DNA of 64,000 nt from NCBI GenBank assembly GCA_951406725.2, contig OX597814.1, positions 66,960,001-67,024,000 of the forward strand. The letters run 5' to 3'. The DNA comes from Octopus vulgaris. Its lineage: Eukaryota. A program made the position numbers and the translations under genes. A model generated the notes under the pieces. The model worked only from the letters and a program-made list of their open reading frames with translations. It did no database searches and was not told the origin of the DNA. Shown here piece by piece: positions 1 to 12,857 of the stretch; the stretch's first letter is position 1; each line of letters opens with the position of its first letter.

Positions 1-736
1 TGTATGTAGGCATAGATGTATACACATTAAGAATATACAAGGATGGTGATGAAGAAGAGACAGTGAAAGAGTCTGTAGCCATCGAAGTGAGGAGTAAGTT
101 CACAGATACAAGAATGATAAATACCAGTTCGTAGTCAATTATACTGTATCAAGAAGTTGCAACGATGATGCAGAGCCGGAGCGGTACATGTCATACGTGA
201 AGTTGTGGCTGTGATGCTGCTGCCTGGGTCACTTGGTACAGAAGTTCTCGCAGGTTGTATATTCTATGTTGGTCCATGGTGAAGTAATTCACGTATAGTG
301 GAGTGTTGGAACCTGGGCGAGTTGCTTGTTGAGCTGCGTACGCAGAGATGTTGACATGAGGACGATGGTGGTGACGGAGATGGAGGTCGCCGAATGCTGT
401 TGGACGAAGTTGGTGAGTCTCAACGTGGCTGCTGTTGTTTTGTCGCTGGAACTGGCTGTGTCTTGTGTGGTCAGTAGCTAGGCCTTAAAAGGTCTGGAAG
501 CGAAAGACGTTGAGACGAGAAGCTGGGTTTCTATAAGGAGTTGTAGGCTCAAACTGAGTTGAGAACAGGCTGTAACACGTGACCTTATTAAGGGGCTTCG
601 ATTGGACAAATTGCGCCAATACCAACCAATCAGAGTAGTGGGCACAACGGGGTCCAAAATGCGTCCAAAGGCTAGCTGTTTGTATGTATGTACATATAAT
701 AGAGAGGAGAGGAATTTCACTCAAGTGTACGCTACA
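1..736 (-). mobile_element. Probable LTR (solo or edge of an LTR element), truncated by the window start
   Basis: On the minus strand it begins TGTAGCG at 736, followed by CCAAT boxes, a CACGTG E-box and a TATA-like CCTTATAGAAA (~528-538). It is more GC-rich than the flanks and has no credible ORF. The 3' CA end is not visible. Confidence 0.45.
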
Positions 737-805
737 ATGTTTTCCTGGGGCTAAAAAGTAGTAACATTCGTCCTAACCAGGGCTGCTACTTTGCGTTGGC
801 AATTA

Positions 806-881
<76 letters not shown>

Positions 882-882
<1 letters not shown>

Positions 883-1260
883 ATGGAAAAATGCGAGCAA
901 AAGAAATAATATTCTTAAGATTATAAAAGTGGAAAAGTACAAGACAAGTTATTACACTTGGTAAAGTTCAGGAGAAGTTATTACATCTAGCAAAGTACAG
1001 AAAAAGAAAATTTTTGCAGCTAGAACAAGAATAACTTTGCAGCGAGAAAATATTAGCTTTTATTAAAACTAAAAATTTTATTACAGGTTATTACTTCTAT
1101 TAAAAATTTTAAAAATAACTCAAAATATTTTATCCTTAACTGCAATATTTTAAGTAAAACTTTTCTTGTTCTGTACTTTACCAAATGTAATAACTTGCCC
1201 TGTATTTTTCCAGATTTATAGTCTTTAGAATATTATTTCTCTTACTCGCAGTTTTCCATG
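882..1260. mobile_element. MITE with ~90-110 bp imperfect TIRs and TA target duplication
   Basis: ta|CATGGAAAAATGCGAGCAAAAGAAATAATATTCTTAAG... pairs with ...CTTTAGAATATTATTTCTCTTACTCGCAGTTTTCCATG|ta. The interior is AT-rich and non-coding. Confidence 0.85.
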
Positions 1261-1496
1261 TAATCCATGTTTTTTCCAAGTTTTGATATTATGCTAATTA
1301 ATAATGTATCAAATGTGTAAATTTGTGATGTCTACCCTCAAATTTGAGAAACAAGCATTCATAACTATTTTTCTTTTAAAACTTCATTGCATGAGATTGA
1401 TACCATGAAATTCCTCTAATTAAGATCTTTCGTTTAAGCTTAATTAAGATATAGTTTGGGAGAGTCATTCTCTTTTAGTGCCTTATTATATAGCAC

Positions 1497-1633
1497 ACTC
1501 ACTCTTTTACTCTTTTACATGTTTCAGTCATTTGACTGTGGCCATGCTGAAACACCGCCTTTTAGTCGAGCACATCGACCCCAGGACTTATTCTTTGTAC
1601 GCCTACTACTTATTCTATCGGTCTCTTTTTGCC
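1497..1633 (-). mobile_element. 3' fragment of tRNA-derived SINE family A
   Basis: Reverse complement of the 3' part of the SINE at 15150-15270 (GATAGAATAAGTA...GGGGTCGAT...GACTAAAGGCGGTG...CAGTCAAATGACTGAAACA). Confidence 0.9.
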
Positions 1634-2660
1634 ATAAAGGCATTACAAAGAGTAGCTTGCGTGTTGGACACATACATTGATGAGGTGAATGAGGAAACAA
1701 GAATGATATTGATGGGAGAAGACAAAAAAATGCCAACCGATTTTCTGCTTCTCAAAAACATTCTTCTTCTTTTTTTTCCAACAGAAAAAACAAAACGTGG
1801 TATTGAACCTCTCACGACAGTGTTTACAATTATTGGACTTAATAGTCTATTAACATACAATAAGATATTCAATATACAATCAACACTAGTCCATTTACAA
1901 ATGAGGCGCTGAGCCTCTTACACTTTATAACACCTCTTTTCAACCTCTTGTCAATTTTCCACCACATCATCGCTTGTGTCCGTGTACTCCACCATCGCCC
2001 ATGCTTGCTTTAAAATCAAGGCGGGCTCCGAGTTGGCGTCACCCGGCCATGAGCAATATCCCTCTTTTAGTCCCTCCAGCCTATGTAACACGCGCAACGT
2101 TATGACCTCCACAGCTATCTGCGGAGGTTATTCGGGATCCCGTGTGAAGGCCAAAGGTACTCCCTTGTAGTGTTCTTCCACCACCTTTTCCACCTCTCCG
2201 CCTCTATAAAAGAAGACCAACAGTTCTTCGTCCTCCGGGTCCGAGGGGGTCAATTCTAACGTTAGCAGCACAATTCCCGCCAATGGTGTCTCCCCACCCC
2301 CGCCGGTGGCACAACCGACGAGGCTCCGGGACACTCCGGCGCCATGTCTCCGACTGCTAGCAATGTCCCGTTTCTCCACCTCTTCCTCTTTTTATCTTCT
2401 CGACTGGGGGAGGGTGCGTCTTTTCTGTGACCGGGAGATTCGCCTTCCCTCCCTCATCCCCAAGATCCTTCGGTGAGCACCCATTGTTGTTCACCTTCTT
2501 CCTTTTGCGGCTCTTCTTTGAGGAGTTCTCCGTCTTTGAGGATTCCTGTGAATTTCCCTGCAAGTCCCTGCAATCTTCTGCAAGCCCCTACAAGCTCTTG
2601 CAAACCCCTACTCGCCTTTTGTTTGGATTCATTTATTTTCTTGTATGCGTGTGTATCTGA
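1629..2660 (-). mobile_element. Diverged copy of the ORF-bearing non-autonomous retroposon at 13711-14903
   Basis: Its 3' ~150 nt (TTGGAAAAAAAAGAAG...GAGAAGCA...CTTCTCCCATCA...TGTCCA...AGCTACTCT...TGGCAAA) aligns by eye with 14745-14892, and the encoded motifs are shared. The 5' boundary is approximate. Confidence 0.8.
1951..2632 (-). pseudogene. Disrupted ORF homologous to the 14049-14615 protein
   Basis: ATG at 2632 (MNPNKRRV...), then basic KKSRKRKK, a frameshift near 2380, and LLVFFYRGGEVEK...RDPE*PPQIAVEVI...LHRLE. It carries two in-frame stops and one frameshift. Confidence 0.75.
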
Positions 2661-3459
2661 GTATCTTCTTTTATTTTGTTTCCATCACACAGTACTGCAA
2701 ATAAGTAGCCTCATACACAACTATACTATGTTATGTCACAATGTCAGTGTAGTAGACTGTACCACTGGCTACAACTACTTTACTATATCTCAATTCTAAT
2801 TCAAGAGCGCTCTATTCTGCTTCGACGTTATCTTACTGTATTACGCCATTTTACATTTTACCATATTACAGACCAAACCATACTACACTACAACATGGTA
2901 ATATGCACACACACACACACACACACACACATGCACACGCATACACATACACATGCACTTATACATACAAGTACATGCGTATATACAGTAATGTACGTGT
3001 GATGTAACTCACTTTCTCATTCTTTCACTCCTTCTGTCTATGGTGGACGTCGACTCAACGCTGCCATTCATCATGGCATTGTACAAGTTGTTTATCAAGA
3101 GGTAAAAGAAAGTGCTAAGGAAGGCAAGCAGTAGGAGTGTTTGCGAGTATGTATGTGTGAGTGCGTGTGTGTGAGTGTGTGTGTGAGTGTGTGTACGTCT
3201 GTGTGTGTGTAAATAATGTCGGTTATTAACCGCAAATACGTTGGTCGACTTTAAAATAAAAAGCAGTCGCCGCTATATTATTTCACTTTTGTACCAAAGC
3301 ACAGTCATTTCTATGAAAGCCGTTTTGAGTGTCTTTTTTACTTCTTGCTTGCTCTACCTAGCTACTCATTTAATCATCCGAAATCCCAGACACTTGCACA
3401 CATGAGTACACTCACACACATACGCGCATGCATAGATACAAACATCATTATGAATATGC

Positions 3460-3523
3460 ATGCATACGTACATACATACATACAGACAGACATATATACA
3501 TTTGTGTGTATATGTATATATAA

Positions 3524-3589
<66 letters not shown>

Positions 3590-3631
3590 GATAGATAGAT
3601 AGATAGATGATGGGTGGATGGAGGGATGGAT

Positions 3632-3703
<72 letters not shown>

Positions 3704-3749
3704 AATCTCTATATATTTATCTATCCATCCAGCTATCTATCTATCTATC

Positions 3750-3818
<69 letters not shown>

Positions 3819-3820
3819 AA
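3460..3820. repeat. Compound microsatellite (TACA/GATA/TA/GA/GACA)
   Basis: Directly visible. It stands in for dozens of similar tracts in the window. Confidence 0.95.
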
Positions 3821-4112
3821 CTCACACACATATAAGGATGCATATGCATACGGTGGGACAGAAATGAAATAGATATTTACATACAAATCGACAAATAGCT
3901 ATGAAGTCCTGCGTAAAACAAAACCGGAAGTTCAAAAAACTCATATAATATAAATAACGGTCTATCCTTTCTTATTGATAAGCAATATGTCTAGCCACCT
4001 GACCTTTCATTCATCTGTTCATATAGGCGTTTTATATGTGTGTATGTATGTATGTATGTATGTATGTATGTATGTATGTATGTATGTATGTATGTATGTA
4101 TGTGTGTATGTA

Positions 4113-4958
4113 TGTACAGATTTGTAACGTTTAATGTATGTATTTTCATGCATATAGTTGCATATCTAGACATGCTCATATATATTTAAATGATAAACTT
4201 CTGGAAAGTTTTACAGATTTTTACTGTTCCAGTGATGGATTGGGTCTATAGCCTTTGAATTAGCTTTCTCCTTTCTGGTTTTGAGAAGCCTAACTTCTTA
4301 AGATTGGTATTTAGGCAGCGTGTTACATATTCCAGGGCCCCAATAATTACAGGTATAAACATGAACTTGTAATCTGGATAGAGTAACTGTAGATTTCTCA
4401 ATACTTCAGCATTGATGTTCTCTTTTTCACTGATCTTCAGCTTTATGTTAACATCCACTGGGCAGCTAATTTCCACAGCTGTGCACAGTTTCTCTTCTCT
4501 ATCACAAATCATTATATCAGGTATGTTGTGCTTACATTTTATAAAGGTCTTCGCTGGTACATTCCGCCAGTATTCCTTTTTATTATGAGTGGCTATGCCT
4601 TCTACCATATTATGGGTTCTTATTTCTTTGTCGCTAGGATTATCCTTCCGACGGATTTCCTTATAGAGTGTCCTAGCTATAACGTCATGTCTCATCGGTA
4701 GATAATACTGTGATGACATTTTCGGACAACTGCTTGTGATGTGGGTGATATCTTCAGTATGAACTCCACAAAGTTTGCATCGGTTGTCACATTTTATGGC
4801 TTTTCCTGCATCTCTATCTCTTTTGTGTATCAGGTACTTGATTGATATTTCCTGTTCCTGGATTGCAAACGCATACCCTTCAAAGGGGGAGGTAGTAATC
4901 TGTCTGCTGGTCCATGATAAACTGTTATGATGATCGATGTTACTATCATCACGGAGCT
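4113..4958 (-). mobile_element. 5'-truncated R4/Dong-type non-LTR retrotransposon (zinc knuckle + restriction-like endonuclease)
   Basis: Translation has CKLC...HITSSC (CCHC), MRHDVIA, PDIMI...VEISCP...EKE and PVIIGAL. (TACA)n flanks both sides. Confidence 0.9.
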
Positions 4959-5389
4959 TATGTATGTATGTATGTGTGTATGTATGCATGCATGTATGAA
5001 TGTATGTATGTATGTATGCATGCATACATTCATGTATGTCTGTATGTATGTATGTATGTATGTATGTATGTATGTATGTATGTATGTATGTATGTATGTA
5101 TGCATGCATGCATGTATGTATGTATGTATGTATATATGTATGTATGTATGTATTATGTTTGTGTGTATGTCACTCCTGAGCACTACTGACAGCGCATAAC
5201 CTATCCCCATCCACTGCAATCGTTAGATGCTCAGGGGTTGCTGTCTAAAGCACCATCCTCAACCAGCTATTTAGTGAGTGGCGAGGTTGATTTTTTAGAC
5301 ACACTGCAAAGGGCGGATTAACGGAAAAGAGTCAACGACCATCTGACAATATGCTAGCACCATAGCATCATAAGTATGAAATAACTACA

Positions 5390-6600
5390 AAATCGTCAAA
5401 AGCTTGTTTATTTTTATGTTTCTTTGATTTATTATTAGTGTTGCTTAATATGTTTTGCTAAAATTGCTGTTTCTTTTCAGATATCACCAGAAAAAGGTAA
5501 TTAAAATTTATTAAAATGACAGATCTAACGGGCTTCCAAAGAGCTCAAATTGTCAAATTGTTGGTGCTCGTATGGCAGGTGCTAGCGTAACGAAAACTGC
5601 CAAAATGTTTGGTATATCAAGAAGTACTGTCTTGAAAGTAATTACAGCCTTTGAGAAAGAGAGAAAAACCTCGTCGAAACAAAACTCCGGAAGAAAACCA
5701 AAACTTTCAGATAGGGACCGTCAGACTCTTACGCGAATTGTTAGAAAGCATTACAAAAGTACAGCTCCCAAAATTACTGCAGAACTTAATGATCACCTCG
5801 AGAACCCAGTTTCCAGAAAAACTGGTCGTCGGGAGCTGCACAAAGCCGGATTTCGCAGGAGGGCTGCAATCAGAAAACGACTACTTTCAAAAACAAACGT
5901 TGCAAAGCATTTAGAGTGGAGTAAAATCCTCCAGAATTGGTCCCTAGAGCAGTGGAAGAATGTTATTTTCTTGGACGAGTCATCCTTTACCTTATTTCTG
6001 ACCACCGGCCGAGTATACGTGTGGAGACATCCAAAAGAAGCATTTGACCCAGACTGTCTTCTTCCAACTGTTAAACATGCAGGAAGATCTGTGATGATCT
6101 GGGGGTGGGGGAGTATATATCTTGGAAATCCGCCGGCCCAATGGTTTCCCTTCAAAGCAGAATTGATAGTCAAGACTATTTAAGCATTTTACTTGATCGA
6201 ATTCATCCTATACTTGTGGAACTGTTTCCAGAGGGAAACGTAATCTTTCATGATGATAACATACCCATTCACACAGCTAAATTTGTTACTGAATAGCACG
6301 AGGAACATTCTGGTAAAGTCGAACATTTCATCTGGCCACCACTGTCCCCAGATATCAATACTGTTGCAAATGTATGCATTACAAAAGTAAGGAGTCGATA
6401 TCCTCCACCATCATCACTACAAGAACTGGAGACTGTTTTAGCTGAAGAATGGACAAAAATTCCTTTGGAAACATTTCAAACTATGTACGAGTCCATATCT
6501 CAGAGAATCTAAGCTGTAATTTCTGCTAAAGGCGGTCCTACACCATATTAAAATAACGTTGCAAATTTTAAGGTGTTCCTCCAAATTGGTCCAACCTCTG
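5390..6600 (+). mobile_element. Decayed Tc1-family transposon (transposase ~5516-6551)
   Basis: HTH region, GRKPKLS, IFLDESSF, TVKHAGRSVMIWG, IFHDDN, WPPLSPDIN, and C-terminal AKGGPTPY*. Frameshifts and stops are present. The right end is ...CCAACCTCTG|TA and the left TIR is not found. Confidence 0.92.
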
Positions 6601-6609
6601 TAGCAGTGG

Positions 6610-8600
6610 AAGAACTTTATTGTTTTACATATTTATCGTTTCCATTAACAACTTGTGTGTGCCCGTATCTTTTCTAGTTTCTCCAGATTGTTAAACGTAG
6701 TTAAACGCACACCAAAATATTCCAGTATTCTCAAGTATGCTTTATTGTAATTATACTATCGGCAGATTTCTCATAGATGCTTATTTTCTTTCTATCTTTA
6801 ACATTACGTTAACGTCTACTGGACGACTGATTTATAATAGTGATCACGGTTTCTTCTTGTCTTAGACAATTCTGTCTGGACTGTTATACCTCCATTTTAC
6901 AGAGGTTTTATAACGAACATTCTTCCACTATTACATATTATAGATTCCAATGTAAGTTCTTATCTTTTCATTTTTATAGCTATTGTTAAACCAGATCATG
7001 CATCGTAAGGCAAGAGTGCTGTCGGGACATCTTGTGCATAAGGTATTTTGCTGCTATTGGTAAAACCATTCTCTTCAAAATTGTTAGTTCCAAATAAATT
7101 CATCTCGTTATCTGTGTTAGTACCACTATCAAACTTTCTTACATAGAACTGGAGACATTTTAGCTGAAGAGAAAAATCCTTTCGAAACATTTGATAAACT
7201 ATGTCAGTCCATATCTCAGAGATATCAAACAATGACTACTTTCCAATGGGGACATTTCCAACTCTAATGGTATTATTTGCCTCATGTGTGCAAACTAAAT
7301 CCATTGATGCACCACAAAATTTGATGGTTTGTAAGTGTTGTCTAATAATTATGATGAGATTTTCAAAGGCTGTTTGAGTCGATGTTAAGCCTCTGCCTTT
7401 TTGTTTTCCATTTACATTTTAACAGTCAATATCACTACTGATGTAAATATTTCTAGTTGCAGTTAGAAATGTCTAGCTATTAACATCAATCGTCAAGGTT
7501 TGATTCTGAGTCGAACTGAGTGACCCAATGTTAGAATAATCATTGGTATCAACAATTACTCAGTAAATACAGCTGGGCCTACTGATTTATTGTAAGCACA
7601 AAGCCTCGGGTGCCATACTTTTTTCTGCAGTTCACGCGTGCTCTATTGCAAATTCCATCGTAGTATATTCCTGTCGACCTCTTGATACCTGTAATATTCC
7701 CAATAAGATTCCAGAAAAATATTCAGGCTATTGATTGCGATATTATTAGGCGGAGTTGCAGCTTTTTGTTGAACAAACTCTACCTCTTTATTATCTCTGA
7801 GAATATCATCACCGTGCGGTGACTCTTCTTCATAAAATATTCTTCAACTTTTATTACATACAATTTTTATTTATAAGTCTTCAAAATCTTCAAAGAACTA
7901 CCAAGCAGATGTTGAAGAAAATAAACATTAGATATTTGCTAAAATAATGTTTTATCTTGTGAATGTTTACATGTAAAATCAGCGTCAATTTCAGTTTTGT
8001 TAGATTTTTATTAATGCGAGTCAAATTTGTCTTGTCTTAGATTTAGGAATGAATTAATCTCGATCTATTTCATAAACATTTCTTTAAAGTGTTCATATTG
8101 TTAACACCTCAGCTTATGACATACATCATTACTGTTGTTATGGCCAATAGCAGAAAGATGTGATCAACTATCCTTAATTCGAGCAGGTATTGTATATGCT
8201 TCTGGATGTCGCTGATCAGTTATTCCACGTGGTTCTCTATTTGCCGGAATACATAAATCAATTACTTCTAAGTTTTGAAAATAAGAATTATAATCAGTAA
8301 CTCTCCTCTTGTGTTCAACAAATATCACTTATTGGAGTGATTGTTTTATGTTTAATAATTTAACTCTGAGAAGAAACAGTCTCTGTAAGTCTATACCTCC
8401 AAGAAAAAAATACTTCATAATTTAATTTTTCTATAACTATTTCGACAATGAGTTCGTTTACCTTTTTTGATGTTGCCTTTCTTGCGTCCTTTCTCGATGC
8501 TGAATTACCTAGCCGTATATTTTGTGGTAATTTTCTGAAATGGGGAATTTCATTTGGAAACAAATATTGTTAGGATTTTGAATGAAAAGGTCTCTTCAAA
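6610..8600 (-). mobile_element. Old, highly degenerate R4/Dong-type copy
   Basis: Hand-translated islands: PVDVNVMLKIERK (cf. CPVDVNIKLKISEK in the 4.2-4.9 kb copy), KGRGLTSTQTAFENLIIIIRQH, and EDFEDL/LKTY near the expected RT motif. Boundaries are approximate. Confidence 0.6.
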
Positions 8601-8777
8601 TAAATGCGATCAGAAGATAACCAGTTATTTGTTATGGAATTAATGCTGGACTTAGTAATGATCAAAAACTCGATGAACAATCTAACACGCCAAATAAATA
8701 TTCAGGGCCAGTGTATATGTATGTTTGCATATATATATATATATATATAAGAAGGTTTGGAGATGATGTACAGGTAT

Positions 8778-8942
8778 TATATATTAGAAGAAATGAGGTA
8801 CTCAGAAATTTGGATGGTTTTATATTTACAGATATTTATTAATATGTCACATGTTTTTATAAATCATGTATTAACGCTTGCATCTACTAGAGTGGACGCA
8901 AACCATCCAGATTTCTGAGTACCTCATTTCTTCTAATATATA
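8778..8942. repeat. (TA)n-flanked fold-back unit, ~43-bp arms
   Basis: TATATATTAGAAGAAATGAGGTACTCAGAAATTTGGATGGTTT pairs with AAACCATCCAGATTTCTGAGTACCTCATTTCTTCTAATATATA. Confidence 0.9.
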
Positions 8943-8951
8943 TGTACATGT

Positions 8952-9009
<58 letters not shown>

Positions 9010-9173
9010 GACGAATTAAAAAGCAGCGAAAGTGGTGTAAACATTATCGATCGTACATACTCAATTTATGTTTTCTTTGTTCGCCGGTTTCGCTGCAGGG
9101 TAACGCTTGGGGACGAATGGCTGTTAAAATACCTCTGAGTAATAGACAGGCGAGAGAACTTACCTCAGGTCGA

Positions 9174-9303
9174 ATTCAGGAGTAACGGATACTGATATTT
9201 CGCCGTTTTTGTGGCTTATCAATATCGCCTGCCGAAATCGACCCAAGAACGAATCGAATCGTCACAAAAAGGGCGAAATATCAGTGTCCATCGCTCCTGA
9301 ATT
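9174..9303. repeat. Fold-back, ~41-bp arms
   Basis: AATTCAGGAGTAACGGATACTGATATTTCGCCGTTTTTGTG pairs with CACAAAAAGGGCGAAATATCAGTGTCCATCGCTCCTGAATT. Confidence 0.85.
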
Positions 9304-9371
9304 ACAGAATTGAAACAAAACATTTAGATACAAGCACATATAATGAAGTATCTCAATATACATATATAGAT

Positions 9372-9578
9372 TAGGCAGCGAGCTGCAGAAACGTTAACAC
9401 GCTGAACGAAATGCTTAGCGTCTGCCTTTACGTTCTGAGTTCAAATTCCGCCGAGGTCGACTTTGCTTTTCATCCTTTCGGGGTCGATAAATTAAGTACC
9501 AGTTGCGTACTGAGACCGATCTAAGCGACTGACCCCTCCCCCAAAATAACGGGTCTTGTGTCTAGAGTAGAAAAGAAT
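9372..9578 (+). mobile_element. tRNA-derived SINE family B
   Basis: AGGCAGCGAGCTGCAGAA head, B-box GAGTTCAAATTCC and body GGTCGACTTTGCTTTTCATCCTTTCGGGGTCGATAAA. Other copies lie at ~11837-11930, 22275-22462, 22598-22772 and 36962-37090. Confidence 0.9.
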
Positions 9579-9655
9579 ATATAGAGAGAGAGATTTGCGC
9601 ATTCATACATGTACCATGTACATACAGAGAACACATGTCGATAGAGAGATAGACT

Positions 9656-9726
<71 letters not shown>

Positions 9727-9965
9727 TGATTGATAGACAGACAGACAGACAGACAGACAGGCGGATAGATATAGATATAAAGGTATAGATATGCACATAT
9801 ATATATGCGTCGAAACGTAAAATTTGGATGGTTTTATATTTACAGATATTTATTAATATGTCACATGTTTTTATAAATCATGTATTAACGCTTGCATCTA
9901 CTAGAGTGGACGCAAACCATCCAGATTTCTGAGTACCTCATTTCTTCTAATATATATGTACATGT

Positions 9966-10021
<56 letters not shown>

Positions 10022-10267
10022 GACGAATTAAAAAGCAGCGAAAGTGGTGTAAACATTATCGATCGTACATACTCAATTTATGTTTTCTTTGTTCGCCGGT
10101 TTCGCTGCAGGGTAACGCTTGGGGACGAATGGCTGTTAAAATACCTCTGAGTAATAGACAGGCGAGAGAACTTAGAGAGATTTGCGCATTCATACATACT
10201 ATACACACACACACACATGCTTGTACCATGTACATACAGAGAACACATGTCGATAGAGAGATAGACT

Positions 10268-10326
<59 letters not shown>

Positions 10327-10573
10327 TGATTGATAGACAGACAGACAGACAGACAGACAGGCGGATAGATATAGATAAAAGTATAGATATACATATATAT
10401 ATGCCGAAACGTCCTTTCTTCCCTTCCTTCCTGAGCGTCCAATAATAGTATATTTGTTCCACGTCCTCGCGTTGTTGTGTTTTCTCTTTGTGTTTTCATG
10501 TTTGGATTAACTTTATATACATACATACATACATACATACATGAATGTGTGTATCTGTGTGTATGTATGCATG

Positions 10574-10615
<42 letters not shown>

Positions 10616-10616
10616 A

Positions 10617-10958
10617 AGATATTGTTATATTTCGGAATGGTCATTTTGCCAGTTTAGCCAATAAAAACACACGCACTATATATTTGGTGTTATTTTGCTT
10701 CATTGTTATTTATTTTTTACATTAATCTTAATCTTATTTTGGCCAGAATTCTTTCGTCACACTCCTGTGACCGCATCAGTGGTCCTTTGTTTTCTTCTTT
10801 CTTATTTGTGTCTCTCCTTACTAACCGTCAGCCATTTTGTATTTCTATTGTATGTCTTCATTTGCGCATGCTTATATCTCTATGTGCGTTTATGTTTATT
10901 TAGTGTGTTTTTATTGGCTAAACTGGCAAAATGACCATTCCGAAATATAACAATATCT
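10617..10958. mobile_element. Fold-back unit (~55-bp arms) enclosing a hammerhead-like motif; probable Penelope pLTR derivative
   Basis: AGATATTGTTATATTTCGGAATGGTCATTTTGCCAGTTTAGCCAATAAAAACAC and its reverse complement. A related sequence lies at 12380-12560. Confidence 0.7.
10743..10782 (-). ncRNA. Minimal type-I hammerhead ribozyme motif (A9C variant)
   Basis: cca-CTGATGC-g-gtcac(aggagt)gtgac-GAAA-gaat-TC-tgg. Confidence 0.7.
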
Positions 10959-11139
10959 GTTTCAACACACGACTTCACATAAAAAATCTTGCACAACAAA
11001 TATTTAAACGTATATAGGAAGAGTTTACAGTAAATCCACAAAAAAAAAACAAGAAAAAAAAAATCACAAAAAAAAAACAACGTGAGAACGTGGTACACGT
11101 AAAGTATTAGCAGACGCTCAGGGAAGGAAAGAAACGTAT

Positions 11140-11172
11140 TTTTACGTTTCGAGTGAAGCTCTTCTTCAGAAA
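11140..11172 (-). ncRNA. Minimal type-I hammerhead ribozyme motif, intact core
   Basis: ttt-CTGAAGA-a-gag(cttca)ctc-GAAA-cg-TA-aaa, with a palindromic ACGT stem III. Confidence 0.75.
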
Positions 11173-11246
11173 CCGAGAAAAGTCCAATAGAAAAGGAAGA
11201 CGGAGTAAAAAATTTGCCAACGATTCACATATGGTTATATTTTAAG

Positions 11247-11336
11247 CTCATGTTCATTGTCTAGAAATCTTTCGTCACACATCTGTGACCTCTTCAGCAA
11301 CTCTTCTGTCCTATGTATATCCTCCTGTTCTGTTTA

Positions 11337-11402
<66 letters not shown>

Positions 11403-11531
11403 ATTAGGGCTTAGTAAAATAAATAATTATATAATGTAATACTTTGAATACGCCTTAAATGGTCCTTTTACATACTGAACACTACTTGGTGAAATTGATT
11501 AATAACTAATTAATTTTACCCTCAATTATTG

Positions 11532-11599
<68 letters not shown>

Positions 11600-11928
11600 G
11601 AAAGAGTGAGATCACCTGAAGACGTGTTCATACACGGAATTCTAAAAAACAAGAGGCGGACTAATGTAACTGAATATTGTTTAAAAGCGACTCCTCGCTT
11701 AATCCTCGTTATTTACCTACCACTAGTGTGTATACAGTAATGTATACAAAAATAATTCAATCTTGTCATGTTTCTCTCTGGTCTCTCTTTCTCTGTATAT
11801 CGCATATATGCGCATAATATCTTATAATATAGTGTAAGGCAGTGAGCTGGCGGAATCGTTTAGCACGCCGGTCAAAATGCACGTCAGTATTTCTTCCAGC
11901 TCTTTACTTTCTGAGTTTAAATTCCGCC

Positions 11929-11993
<65 letters not shown>

Positions 11994-12578
11994 CTCTCTC
12001 TCCTCTCCTTGATATATGTATATATATATATACGAGAAAATAGATTAGACTGGCCATATTTCAAATCACTATAATTGTTTCAATTCATCATTATCCGAAG
12101 TTAATAGCTGGATAGTACATATATTATACGCATTATTGTATTAGCATGAGTCAACAATAGGTGTATAAATGCGCATCTAGAATCAAAGCACATTTTATAC
12201 TCATACCGAAATGCTGTGGTTAGTTTTCCTCTGACGAAAAGGAACAAGGAAATACGAAGGGATACAAATATGGAAAAAAAAACAACTAAAAACAAATTAG
12301 GGAAAATAAAAGATAAAGAATTAAGGAGAAATTATTTATGAATTTGTTTTGCAAGATTCCTTATGTGACAGCGTATACTGAAAGAGATATTGCTATGTTT
12401 CGGGATAGTCGTTTCTGTTTTTTCATACCAAATAAACACGCGCACTATACATTCGTTCTCCACTCATTTATTATTACCCTAATTTTATCTCATGTTCATT
12501 GTCTAGAAATCTTTCGTCACACATCTGTGACCTCTTCAGCAACTCTTCTGTCCTATGTATATCCTCCTGTTCTGTTTA

Positions 12579-12644
<66 letters not shown>

Positions 12645-12779
12645 ATTAGGGCTTAGTAAAATAAATAATTATATATTATAAATGTAATACTTTGAATACG
12701 CCTTAAATGGTCCTTTTACATACTGAACACTACTTGGTGAAATTGATTAATAACTAATTAATTTTACCCTCAATTATTG

Positions 12780-12845
<66 letters not shown>

Positions 12846-12857
12846 GAAAGAGTGAGA
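11247..12857 (+). repeat. Dispersed direct duplication (~365 bp) containing the hammerhead and two (TA)n tracts
   Basis: 11247-11611 is nearly identical to 12489-12857. Confidence 0.9.
11261..11300 (-). ncRNA. Minimal type-I hammerhead ribozyme motif, intact core (identical copy at ~12503-12542)
   Basis: ttg-CTGAAGA-g-gtcac(agatgt)gtgac-GAAA-gatt-TC-tag. Confidence 0.75.

Larger units (their letters stand above)
8806..10410 (+). repeat. Near-identical local duplication
   Basis: 8806-9163 recurs at 9819-10173, and 9587-9815 recurs at 10174-10410. The second copy lacks 9164-9586. Confidence 0.9.

Noticed and set aside
1478-1912. 144-aa ORF
   Set aside because: It runs antisense across a SINE/retroposon-tail junction and has no recognisable motifs.
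2872-2897. Possible 26-nt micro-exon (TACAG|...ATG|GTAATA)
   Set aside because: Weak splice signals, not frame-preserving, and no other support.
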